From a bacterium (GTDB lineage Bacteria > Patescibacteriota > Patescibacteriia > UBA9934 > GWF2-40-263): a stretch of DNA of 64,000 nt. The stretch lies in contig JAGVQB010000045.1 in the NCBI GenBank assembly GCA_020051955.1, forward strand, positions 1,356-65,355. The letters are read 5' to 3'. Under the pieces are notes generated by a model that was given only the letters and a program-made list of their open reading frames with translations, had not been told where the DNA came from and did not search any database. The first letter of the stretch is position 1. Every line of letters begins with the position of its first letter. A program made the position numbers and the translations under genes. Positions 12,201 through 20,588 of this stretch are shown one piece after another.

Positions 12201-13093
12201 TCGGCACTATTCGGAAACTTCTGACTGACTCGGCTTTGGTACGGTATCTCGCGCGGGGTTCAGCGGTGTCTTCTGATTTAATCCTTCTTAGTAACGATGC
12301 GGATAATAAAGGAATGGCTCCAGAGTACGTTGATAATTTTATTAAAAAGTTTGACAGCAATACGGATACTGATGCGTTTTTAGGTCAATTGGATTGGGAT
12401 CCAGAATCTTATATTCGAAACCCGCTTGTGCATGTTGGAACACGTTTTTTCCAGTACGTGCACGCCGTACTCCAACGGCGTTGGAAATCCGTTTTTGGTT
12501 CTTCTGGCGCTAGCTTTGCTTATCGCGCGAGTGTGTATGCGGCCGTTGACGGGTATACTGATGGCATGACAGGTGGAGAAGATTGTGACGTGGGTGGACG
12601 TATTAGGTTAGCACGTCGAGGGGCTAAGACTCACGTCGCAGTGAGGTACGCGGGGAATCGTGTTTCTCGCCTATACACATCCTCTAGACGCGCGGAGCGT
12701 GCTATTAAGGATGGGCTTTCGCCTTCTGAACAATGGACGCGAAAGTTCAGCGCGTTTGATGATGATGTACGCAAAGTGAAATGGGAACTCACTGGTGGAA
12801 TGGATTGGGATGATATTAGTAAGGTCGAAACTTTTGTTAATCAACTAGAGACGGTGTTGAATCGAACGATTACTCAAACGATGAATGATTCCATTGATCG
12901 TGTGGCTGTTACAAAAGCGCTTGGTTGGCTTGGGATTAGTTTTGAATTCAATAAGGACCGCGGTATTCGTATTGTAAATGCCGATAAGCTTATCAATGGG
13001 CTAAAGAAATATCAGGTCGAAGGATTAGATATGATGAAACGGAAAACTGGGGAGCTTTCTAAGAAAAGAAAGCGCGCTAAAACCGAGAGGTAA
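9212..13093 (+). CDS. Large 1293 aa protein with helical N-terminus, hydrophobic hairpins and C-terminal GT-A (GT2-like) glycosyltransferase domain
   Basis: VAVCIPAAGHQEGGNIYRTLE, LLSNDADN (DxD), SGASFAYRASVYAAVDGY, GEDCDVG. Confidence 0.75.
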   Translation: MHTNEGAPSVVEGSESTKAKKKIVIVEHAGAIETESRDAAEAHMSASKKELKGVRGVFKKIWKHNLFHEYYRQKEIALVREKILNTKSLFAGEKEARVAHKAAMGALTDRFLQEYEEAVHKEAGESREVLGNEETDVDTREEIHKVLRDYAAGNLTEETFEEERNRILSKLTGLSREAIQSEVRHTDSLREVAHGLRQSVEHGSCLEDLDIDFDIVIGRAKCGVRTEAQFNTVDRIVEKIQSSRVGKFLNETTVASAVAIAYSLTAGLSQRLARSKALAWGSFGLTAAISGGVAAARESKRIEEERRQHGREMAKGQTFEETQTPRRKEMENYRYETKDAYVITRELSDTLEYDLKEAEAFSRVVEKLSDIEARVRLSDRHSIDLISYSSGDLVENERLNLDIARAKAKVKLRQMYASGQINLTEGETMDGFLAKSADLQMEILTKGDAGIEEKNRIFRKMKTKRVVGAALKGLGTGLVIGGVFQEAVAFFSDAQSGVVEGMVGIPHEAGERITALERLRMFLKGETFDTPLVNSIETHAPDGSLLKLPEDIEIVPNAGNANVFDLVRDGETIASGLECKDGVLTAASANVVEDAGGFVAVDSHQEMVLVPGERTAVDVAGSRTDLFHRIHRTLWYGNDTPKPIFDKNELKLDWGGGGDGFDDNGNFTFNIARMRADGSFQDGFSVDAQKAMKEGKLKMILSLTRDTQREVVEIPIDAHGNAAVDPNSEIGKMFFSQKDGKAVFHGAFAEVVQSTGVGEDGGENVRILATHIGDESAVREVIPEPVLVPESKVVSITNITLPPGDDLFVVPPMVIPVFGRKPLESTKQPTVPPLRYTKPPEIGIGYYYNSFPEQSEQQCKARMSESLRNNPDAQLDTVKEVRQYIEKQDEKYREQIKLLAGQADPMENGCKVAVCIPAAGHQEGGNIYRTLENYTHQIASRDSFEILILVNRPDVDEEGKRVEPDQTINEIQRFKKAYPDMPVRVMEVILPKGQAKIGTIRKLLTDSALVRYLARGSAVSSDLILLSNDADNKGMAPEYVDNFIKKFDSNTDTDAFLGQLDWDPESYIRNPLVHVGTRFFQYVHAVLQRRWKSVFGSSGASFAYRASVYAAVDGYTDGMTGGEDCDVGGRIRLARRGAKTHVAVRYAGNRVSRLYTSSRRAERAIKDGLSPSEQWTRKFSAFDDDVRKVKWELTGGMDWDDISKVETFVNQLETVLNRTITQTMNDSIDRVAVTKALGWLGISFEFNKDRGIRIVNADKLINGLKKYQVEGLDMMKRKTGELSKKRKRAKTER

Positions 13094-13105
13094 AGTTGAT
13101 TGAGT

Positions 13106-13828
13106 ATGAGCGGTGAATGCAGATTCAGTGTCGTCATTCCTTTTAAGGATGAAGAGGACCGTCTTCCAAATACCGTCAAACAGGTTTTGGAATATTTTTT
13201 TTTGAAGGGTGTGACGTTTGAAATTATTTTGGTTGATGATGGGAGCGTTGATCAAACGGTTGCGCGAGTGAGCGAGTTTTTGAAAGATACGCGCGTGAGG
13301 CTGTTGAGGCACGAGGTAAATAAGGGGAAGGGCGCGGCGATACGGACTGGAGTCTTGGATAGTCGGGGAGAAATGGTTTTGTTTATGGACGCGGATATGG
13401 CAACGCCCATTGAGGAGTTTGGGAAGTTGCTTGTGGCAATTCGTGGCGGAGCTGATATCGCGATTGGATCGCGTGCGCACAAGCAATCGCAAGTTACTAA
13501 ACGACAGCCAGCGCACCGCGTCGTGATCGGCAAGATTGGAAACGCGCTTATTCGCTTGGTGCTTGGCCTTCCTTTTTCCGATACTCAATGCGGGTTCAAA
13601 ATGTTTATGCGCGCGACCGCGGTTGATCTATTTTCTGATTTAAAATTTCTACGTTGGAGTTTTGATTACGAAGTATTGTATCTTGCGCGACGGCACGGGT
13701 ACAAAATCGTGGAGGTGCCAATCGTCTGGCACAATATGCCAGGGTCGAAGTTTCATCCTGTCAAAGACGCGGTTCGTTGCTTTTGTGATTTGTTGAGTAT
13801 TAAGTGGAGGTACATTTTCAAAAAATGA
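13106..13828 (+). CDS. GT2 polyprenyl/dolichyl-phosphate hexosyltransferase (DPG-synthase-like)
   Basis: SVVIPFKDEE, VDDGSVD, NKGKGAAIRTG, FMDAD, DTQCGFKMF. Confidence 0.93.
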   Translation: MSGECRFSVVIPFKDEEDRLPNTVKQVLEYFFLKGVTFEIILVDDGSVDQTVARVSEFLKDTRVRLLRHEVNKGKGAAIRTGVLDSRGEMVLFMDADMATPIEEFGKLLVAIRGGADIAIGSRAHKQSQVTKRQPAHRVVIGKIGNALIRLVLGLPFSDTQCGFKMFMRATAVDLFSDLKFLRWSFDYEVLYLARRHGYKIVEVPIVWHNMPGSKFHPVKDAVRCFCDLLSIKWRYIFKK

Positions 13829-13829
13829 T

Positions 13830-15545
13830 ATGGATTTTATTTTGAGCATTGCGACGTTGCAGATTCTTGCGGCATCGAAATTGATTCTGTTCGCGTCGTT
13901 TGTCGTGTTTCTGTTTTTGTTAGCTCGTTATAACCGACCATGGGCGTACGTGGTTTTGATTACAATCTCGGTCTCTGCCACGTATTACGTTTTGAGTGCG
14001 CCATTGCAGACTTTTTTTTGGGGTGGGCGGGGAGATGAAACTTTTGTTGCCGCGTATTTATCTCGCGTCTTGAATGGCGAGTTCCTGTCTGATTTCTATT
14101 ACTTCGGACTGCCACCATTTTACCCGCCATTGTATTTTTGGATCACGGGTTTTGTCAGCAAGCCGTTCGTTGCCTCCGCCATTGGCGCGGGAAAAATCGG
14201 CGTGCTAATCACACTGCTTGCATGGTGGGTGGTTCCATATTTTTTACAGAGACTGTTTTACTGCAAGTGGTTCCTTCGACAGGAAACGGAAAAGACAGTC
14301 ATCTCATCGCAGTGGTTTTGGTTCCTGGTCCCGACCTTCTTATTTGTCCTTCTGGATTTCGATAGCATTATTTTGAAACCTTACGAAACACTCCCAGCCC
14401 TGCTGTGTGTTTTGTTCATCGGCGTGTTCGCGTCAATGCTTGGATGGAGCAAGTGGGAGGCGAGACATTATTTGACGATCGGGTTTTTCGGTGGCGCGCT
14501 TTTCCTATCATATTATTTTTGGTGGTTCATTCTGATCCCAGTCATGTTTGCACTCGCGGTTTTGTCGAAAGATAAGTGGACGAATATCTTGCGCGTGGTC
14601 GGGGTTGGAGCAGTGATGTTTGTCGTGGCATCTCCCTATCTTATTCCGTTGTTGGGATCATTCGCGGGAGGAATCGAGAATTGGCAAGCGATCTTTTTCA
14701 TTCCATCAGACTTTTGGTCTTTTGCCCCATGGGGTGTGTCTTCCCTTCGCGGATTGGTTTGCTTGCTTGGGTTGTTTGGTCTGATTCGTTACAGAAAGAA
14801 TCCGTTTATCAGAGCCAACTTGCTTGTGTTGGGGATGGCGTACGCGTATCAAGGTGTTAGCATGATTTTGTTTCTCTTGGGTGGAAAACCAATCCAAGCC
14901 GCAAAACCATTCTTGTTTCTTGGCACTGCCACGTTGTGCGTTGGCGCGGCCGCGGCAATAATTTCGATTTTCAAATTTCTGTCGAGACGCCTTGACACAC
15001 AATCCGTTAAATCCGTCGCACTGGTGATGGTGATAGTCTTTGTGTCTCTTATGCCGCAAATTCGGTTTCTTGATGACCCAAAAGTTTTGCAACAGATAGA
15101 GTCTGATTTGCTAGAAACAGGGGACGTGTATCTGGCGGAGAATATTCAAAACACCGTTCCAGATTGGAATGAGCGCGCGTGGTTATCAAGTGGTACGGCT
15201 GGGTTGAACGCTTATTTGCCAATTCATTATTTTCTCGCGCACAACCCGCACTTTAGCCATCAGGCCGCGAAGTTTTCAGAGCGTTTTGATCGAGTCGTGA
15301 AACTCGCGAACGCTGGTTCCTCGGAGCGCTTTGTCGCGATAGCGGACGAGCAACCACGGATTGACGCGCTACTTTTTTTCAAAGACCCAGGCGCGCAAAC
15401 GTACCCGCTTTTTTTCTGGGAGGACAATTACCCAAACGGTGGAAAAGAAATCAGGATCGAGATTGACCCTGATTGGGTGTCAGAAAAGTTTTGGGATATG
15501 AGGCACGAGGATGATGATTGGGTGGTATATACGAGGAAGGAGTAA
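13830..15545 (+). CDS. AftA-like GT-C membrane glycosyltransferase
   Basis: Multi-TM; GDETFVAAYLSRVL...DFYYFGLPPFYPPLYFW and C-terminal EDNYPN resemble actinobacterial arabinofuranosyltransferase AftA. Confidence 0.8.
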   Translation: MDFILSIATLQILAASKLILFASFVVFLFLLARYNRPWAYVVLITISVSATYYVLSAPLQTFFWGGRGDETFVAAYLSRVLNGEFLSDFYYFGLPPFYPPLYFWITGFVSKPFVASAIGAGKIGVLITLLAWWVVPYFLQRLFYCKWFLRQETEKTVISSQWFWFLVPTFLFVLLDFDSIILKPYETLPALLCVLFIGVFASMLGWSKWEARHYLTIGFFGGALFLSYYFWWFILIPVMFALAVLSKDKWTNILRVVGVGAVMFVVASPYLIPLLGSFAGGIENWQAIFFIPSDFWSFAPWGVSSLRGLVCLLGLFGLIRYRKNPFIRANLLVLGMAYAYQGVSMILFLLGGKPIQAAKPFLFLGTATLCVGAAAAIISIFKFLSRRLDTQSVKSVALVMVIVFVSLMPQIRFLDDPKVLQQIESDLLETGDVYLAENIQNTVPDWNERAWLSSGTAGLNAYLPIHYFLAHNPHFSHQAAKFSERFDRVVKLANAGSSERFVAIADEQPRIDALLFFKDPGAQTYPLFFWEDNYPNGGKEIRIEIDPDWVSEKFWDMRHEDDDWVVYTRKE

Positions 15546-15551
15546 TTTCCA

Positions 15552-15654
15552 GTTACCGTTATCTACAGATTACAGCATGGCGAATACGAATGTCGTGCGA
15601 ATATGCGAATAGGATCGTCCCATTAGCATATTCGCACGAGATTCGCATTAGTTA
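15552..15654. repeat. ~105 bp intergenic palindromic element built of GCGAAT-type units (copy A)
   Basis: Reverse complement closely matches 48331-48431. Confidence 0.9.
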
Positions 15655-15664
15655 AATTTCAGAT

Positions 15665-16066
15665 TCATACGTTATCCGTTTTCCTGAACGTCCACAGCGT
15701 GTTCATTATAAAGTTCCATATCAATACAATCGCCACGATGAAAACCTTCGCGGCAACATACCAGATTCCAACTTTTAGGAAGATGAGCATCAGCAGGCTG
15801 TTGATCGCGAAGCCCACGACAGAAACGCACAAAAATTTTGTGAATTGATGAACGACGCGTTTATTTTTGTCTTTATAAGTCCAGAGCTTATTCCACGAGT
15901 AATTATTGATGACCGCCAGCAAAAAGGAAATTGTGTTGGCGATAAGCACTGGCCAAGCGAAAACTTCCACGAGAAATATTAGCACGACAAAGTCAATTAG
16001 CGTGCCGCTAAATCCAACGGCTGAATATTTTAGAAATCGTCGTGTGTATATTTTTTTTGCCAGCAT
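15665..16066 (-). CDS. GtrA-family protein (lipid-linked sugar flippase-like)
   Basis: RFLKYSAVG...NYSWNKLWTY...NFIMNTLWTF; four TM segments. Confidence 0.92.
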   Translation of the reverse strand: MLAKKIYTRRFLKYSAVGFSGTLIDFVVLIFLVEVFAWPVLIANTISFLLAVINNYSWNKLWTYKDKNKRVVHQFTKFLCVSVVGFAINSLLMLIFLKVGIWYVAAKVFIVAIVLIWNFIMNTLWTFRKTDNV

Positions 16067-16152
16067 ATTAGAAGTTTGACAGCATGTGGTATAGACCACG
16101 CTTCTTTATTGAAGCTTTAAACTCACTTTAAACTCACTTTAAAGTGAGTTAT

Positions 16153-17661
16153 TCACAGGAGTTTTCCTTGCAATAGTCCGGATTTTTTGGCTTCTTCACT
16201 TAAAAACCTTGGGTGTAATTTGAATGCCACATTGGGGTCTTGTTTTTTTTCGGTAGTTCGTACTAACACTTCTTTTCCAATCAATTCTTCGAGCCTTGCG
16301 TTAGTAAAAGGTCTTGACCTACCAAGAAGTTTTTCGACCTCGCTTGGGCGCACCTCCCCCTTCTCTTCAATGAGCTCAAGAATATTGTAGTGGGCTTCTT
16401 CCAAGCCGAGTTTTGTCAACTCGTTTTCATTGATGAAAGGCTTCGGTTCGGTCTTAATTTTTTCAGGGACAAGGGTTGCACGAAATAACACGCGGAACGC
16501 ACCAGCTTCTTCAAGAAATTCCGGTTCAGGCAGCCGAACGTCCCGCATCACTCTACGCATTCTTTCGATACCTGAGCCGCGTTTTTCCATGAATCCTCCC
16601 ATGCGGACAAGTGCTTCCGCGATCGTTGCGTTTCGTGAGCGGGGAGCGAAGTCGCCCCGTATAACAATTTCAATTGTTAATGGTGGTATGAATCCGCCTG
16701 GATTGAGTATAGACACCGACGTGCCCCTGACTCGAAGATGAGTCTCAGCTAATGAGTCGCGATAGTCCCGGTGTACAACCGCATTGACCACGGCCTCTCT
16801 AAGAGCCTCAAGAGGGATGACAGGAGTGTTAATTCGTCGGAAGCCGGCAATACGCGCGGCGACCGGAATATGACGCCGGATGAAAGCTTCAACGGCCCGA
16901 AGTTGATCGAAGAGCGTTCCACCGAATGTCTGGAGGTCATCCCAATCGTTTTGTTCCTCGTTCATTTTCACATCGGCCTTTATAACGGCATGAGGCAGAA
17001 AGTTTTGCGGATTTTTACCAAACAATAAGATTCCAGCGATGGTTGGCACAAAATTTCCATCCGTTCTTTTACTGACGAATCCTTCCCTCGAAAGAAGAGT
17101 CATTAAATCTTTCGTAGAAAATTCGTTAAAGCTCGTCTTTTTTAGATAACCTTCCGCGGCGTTCAAATCAAGGTCTTCGACACTGGCCGCTTCGAGTAGC
17201 ATACGATCTTGCGGATCAGGGCTTCGATCACGACACATCTGGGCGATCTGGTCATCAGAGGCCTCGATATTGGAACTGCCAATGCGAACAAAAGGTCTTT
17301 CGTAGCCGCGGATTTTATATGGTGGGCGGGGACCCTTTGGACAACGAACGATTACGATTTTCTGGCCTTTGAATTCCGTTATCTCTACGCTAGGTGAAAC
17401 ATCCAAATCAGGAACGTTGCCCCTCAATTGTTGGAAAAAACTATGCTCCAATTGTTGCGGGTTTGGCACTCCAACAACCTCGCCTGTCTTATCACGAATG
17501 CCAAAAAGAATTGTTCCGCCCTTGGTATTGTAAAAAGCAGTCAACGATCGCATGACGTGCAATTTATGTTCTTGCGCTTCGGTAGCCGAGAGATCAGCCT
17601 TGAGTTCGATGTGGTCATTCTCAAGCCCAGCTATTGCTTCTTGGATTTCAATTTCTGTCAT
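16153..17661 (-). CDS. AlbA_2 (Schlafen-like) domain + HATPase_c_4 + wHTH protein
   Basis: ENDHIELK, AFYNTKGGTILFGIRD, ALREAVVNAVVHRDY, NPGG, RNATIA, EKRGSGI. Confidence 0.88.
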   Translation of the reverse strand: MTEIEIQEAIAGLENDHIELKADLSATEAQEHKLHVMRSLTAFYNTKGGTILFGIRDKTGEVVGVPNPQQLEHSFFQQLRGNVPDLDVSPSVEITEFKGQKIVIVRCPKGPRPPYKIRGYERPFVRIGSSNIEASDDQIAQMCRDRSPDPQDRMLLEAASVEDLDLNAAEGYLKKTSFNEFSTKDLMTLLSREGFVSKRTDGNFVPTIAGILLFGKNPQNFLPHAVIKADVKMNEEQNDWDDLQTFGGTLFDQLRAVEAFIRRHIPVAARIAGFRRINTPVIPLEALREAVVNAVVHRDYRDSLAETHLRVRGTSVSILNPGGFIPPLTIEIVIRGDFAPRSRNATIAEALVRMGGFMEKRGSGIERMRRVMRDVRLPEPEFLEEAGAFRVLFRATLVPEKIKTEPKPFINENELTKLGLEEAHYNILELIEEKGEVRPSEVEKLLGRSRPFTNARLEELIGKEVLVRTTEKKQDPNVAFKLHPRFLSEEAKKSGLLQGKLL

Positions 17662-17737
17662 AGTTTTGTGTCATAGGTTCCCAAAAGGGGCTTCCAGTTA
17701 TTCATATACTCCGGAGATATTTTTCGTCCGCTCGGTT

Positions 17738-19066
17738 TTAGTAATTGAATCCTTGAACCCAAAATGCTTGTACTAGGAAAAAGAGATAGGGGGCTACGAG
17801 CAATCCTAGAATCGGCAACGCGACTCGGTTTTTTTGCGCGCTCGCGAATCCGTAGATAATTGGGAATAAGTAAACAGGATAAATGAAAATTGATTTTACG
17901 ATCCCCATATCAAAATAATGGTATCGATAACTGAAGTAGATCAACGCTGAAAAGAAAGACGCTGTGATGCCAATGCCAAGCAGGGGGAGAACGTGCTGTT
18001 TTTTCTTGAGTGCGAGCGCGATCATTACGACCATACCCCACAACATAATCACAGCGGGCACAATCGCGAGCCAAACGAGTTTCGATGTGAGAGAAAAGTT
18101 TTGTTTTGTTACGTACGTGTTGCTCACGGTTGTGCGCACGAGATCCTCCGCGGGCGCTTGTGCGATCAGGTCATCATTTTCCATCATTCCATAGTAGTCA
18201 TAAAACGAATCCGCGTAGAACATACTCGAGAACGCGCGCCCACCAGAGTACCAGTATGGAAATTTGAAAATGTCAGCGTCAAACCATGTGTAGTCTTTTA
18301 CTCTCTCGTCGAGCTTGAGTGGCATCGGTTCCAAAAAGTTCTGATTGTTTATCGATGGAGCCGCAAGGACATTTTGCGCGCGATAGATTTGCCAGGGCAG
18401 AACAAGAATCACAACAGGCACGATGAAAAGGGCGAGTTTGATCCACGCGGATTTTTTGTGGCGCCTAAGCAGATCAATCATTAGTGTGAGACCAACGAAC
18501 GCGATCGGGATGACGGCGGTAACTTTTGTCAAAAGTGCCAGTCCGCAGACAATGCCAAGGGCGAGTGTATTTTTCCGAGTTGTTTTTTCTTTCCGTTGAT
18601 AATCAATCAACAGGGTGATAATCAGAAAGATGAAGAAGTAATTCAACAGTTCGTTTGTCAAAAAGGTTGACGCCTCGGTCATTGCTGGCAACAGACTCAA
18701 CATGATAAACGAGGATAGGATCGCGAGCTTGTTCTTTGTTGCTTGTTTGATGATTCTGTAAACAAGAAAACTCACGCCCAAGCTCAAGACCACTTGCGCC
18801 AGACTCAACGTCTTCAAAATTGGTTTGATGTCTTCTGTAAACAACAAAACGATTTTCGCCACGCCCGCGTAGATCAAATAATACAAAGGTTCATGCCATG
18901 CCACATAGTTATCCTCAATTGATGGGAAACGGTTTTCTTGGGCGAGCGATAGAATATAATCAATGTGCCCACCGCCGTCGTAACCCCAAAACGGGTTGAA
19001 GTGCCAAGCGTTGTGGATGCGAAATATGATGAGAAAGATTGTAAAAAAAATTAAACATATTTTCAT
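17738..19066 (-). CDS. GT-C (PMT/GT39-like) membrane glycosyltransferase
   Basis: Multi-TM; GYDGGGHIDY, WHEPLYY, TNELL, GLALLTK. Confidence 0.8.
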   Translation of the reverse strand: MKICLIFFTIFLIIFRIHNAWHFNPFWGYDGGGHIDYILSLAQENRFPSIEDNYVAWHEPLYYLIYAGVAKIVLLFTEDIKPILKTLSLAQVVLSLGVSFLVYRIIKQATKNKLAILSSFIMLSLLPAMTEASTFLTNELLNYFFIFLIITLLIDYQRKEKTTRKNTLALGIVCGLALLTKVTAVIPIAFVGLTLMIDLLRRHKKSAWIKLALFIVPVVILVLPWQIYRAQNVLAAPSINNQNFLEPMPLKLDERVKDYTWFDADIFKFPYWYSGGRAFSSMFYADSFYDYYGMMENDDLIAQAPAEDLVRTTVSNTYVTKQNFSLTSKLVWLAIVPAVIMLWGMVVMIALALKKKQHVLPLLGIGITASFFSALIYFSYRYHYFDMGIVKSIFIYPVYLFPIIYGFASAQKNRVALPILGLLVAPYLFFLVQAFWVQGFNY

Positions 19067-19156
19067 AAAGGCAACATAAGAATAATTGTAAAAGGTGAAT
19101 AATACAAACTGAAATATTAAAAGCCCACCAGAGAATGGTGGGTTTGCGTTTATGTC

Positions 19157-20119
19157 TCAGGTTGCGTGTCGCGCGTGCTTCCCGCGGTTGCGCGGCGGGA
19201 GGATCATTGAGAGAAGCGCCATGCGGACATAGAGACCGTTCTTTGCCTGAAGGAAGTACGCCGCGCGTGGATCACCATCGATCTCCACGGGGATCTCGTT
19301 GTTGCGTGGAAGTGGGTGCAAGATGATTGAGCCTGGCTTCATCCGTGCGACCAATTCTGGCGTGAGGCAGTAGTCACTACCGTCTGACGAGACACCCTCG
19401 ACCCCTTGATGTCGTTCCTTCTGCACGCGGGTCATGTACACCACGTCCGCGTCGTCGATTACGTCTTGGAGATGCTCGCTTTCGAATATACCCAGCCTCC
19501 TCATCGCGAGTTGAGTTCGAAGATTCTGTGGCAGTCGCAGCGCTCGCGGTGAGATGAAGCTCATTCGCGTTTGCGCGAGGTCCAGTAGGTGCGCGAGCGA
19601 GTGGACGGTTCTGCCGTACAGATGATCGCCAACGAATGCCACGTGTAGGTTTTTTGGATCTCCGATTTTTTCCACGATCGTGAAGAGATCCAGGAGCGCC
19701 TGCGTGGGATGCTCGCCGTTTCCATCACCAGCGTTGATGATTGGTACAGGACTCACGGCGGCGGCGCGCGCGGCGGCTCCGAGTTCTGGGTGGCGCAAGA
19801 TGATTGCGTCCGCATATCCACCGATCACGCGTATCGAATCTTCCAGTGTCTCTCCCTTGGTAGCGGAGGAGAAATGCCCCGCGCTCTCGGTTCCGATGAC
19901 CCTGGCGCCTTGAAGTTGCGCGGCAGTGTCAAACGATAGACGTGTGCGCGTTGATGGTTCGTAGAAGATCATCGCCACCACGCGACCCACGAGCACTGGT
20001 TCGCACAGTCCGTGATCCACTCCGAAGCGCATTTGGCGCGCTCGGGTGAAGATCTCCTCGATCAGCCTGGGGTCTTGGAATTGGTCCGCACTTAGGACAT
20101 GCTGAAGTTCTGTTCCCAT
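19157..20119 (-). CDS. pyrB: Aspartate carbamoyltransferase catalytic subunit
   Basis: FYEPSTRTRLSF, KGETLED, NAGDGNGEHPTQALLD, YMTRVQKER, HPLPR; start set at the ATG after AGGAGG. Confidence 0.96.
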   Translation of the reverse strand: MGTELQHVLSADQFQDPRLIEEIFTRARQMRFGVDHGLCEPVLVGRVVAMIFYEPSTRTRLSFDTAAQLQGARVIGTESAGHFSSATKGETLEDSIRVIGGYADAIILRHPELGAAARAAAVSPVPIINAGDGNGEHPTQALLDLFTIVEKIGDPKNLHVAFVGDHLYGRTVHSLAHLLDLAQTRMSFISPRALRLPQNLRTQLAMRRLGIFESEHLQDVIDDADVVYMTRVQKERHQGVEGVSSDGSDYCLTPELVARMKPGSIILHPLPRNNEIPVEIDGDPRAAYFLQAKNGLYVRMALLSMILPPRNRGKHARHAT

Positions 20120-20228
20120 TCTTACCTCCTTGAAACCAGGGAGAGTATATCGGGGATAAAAAGTTTGGGCAACAGAGGTTTCTCTCTTGCCAGGGCATAA
20201 AAGATAAGTTAGTATTTTGGGGAAATAG

Positions 20229-20303
20229 GCGGGTATCGTATAGCGGTTATTATTCCAGTTTTCCAAACTGGTGATGCGGGTTCGACTCCCGCTACCCGCT
20301 CCA
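20229..20303 (+). tRNA. tRNA-Gly(TCC)
   Basis: Cloverleaf, anticodon arm CCAGT-TTTCCAA-ACTGG, GGTTCGACTCC, encoded CCA. Confidence 0.95.
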
Positions 20304-20402
20304 TCCCGTTCAAACATTGCGCCATCACCGTTAAACCGTTTGGAAGTGACAATGTCACTTCCTGTGGGGTTTACCGATTATGTCGCGGAGTTTGAACGGG
20401 AT
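20303..20402. mobile_element. 100 bp MITE/REP-like palindromic element (copy 1)
   Basis: 13 bp terminal inverted repeats ATCCCGTTCAAAC/GTTTGAACGGGAT; diverged second copy at 46304-46403. Confidence 0.8.
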
Positions 20403-20415
20403 CCATTTATCAACA

Positions 20416-20477
20416 CGGGACGTAGCTCAGCCCGCTTGTGCTCCCGCCATTAATGGATGCGCGGCTGGGAGCGCCTG
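20416..20477 (+). pseudogene. Interrupted 5'-half copy of tRNA-Pro
   Basis: CGGGACGTAGCTCAG + ~38 nt insert + GAGCGCCTG, identical to the flanks of the tRNA-Pro D-loop. Confidence 0.75.
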
Positions 20478-20512
20478 ATCCACGGGTTTGGTCTGAAATA
20501 AAAACTTAATAT

Positions 20513-20588
20513 CGGGACGTAGCTCAGTAGGTAGAGCGCCTGGTTTGGGACCAGGAGGTCGCAGGTTCGAGCCCTGTCGTCCCGACCA
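20513..20588 (+). tRNA. tRNA-Pro(TGG)
   Basis: Anticodon arm CCTGG-TTTGGGA-CCAGG, GGTTCGAG, CCA end. Confidence 0.96.
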
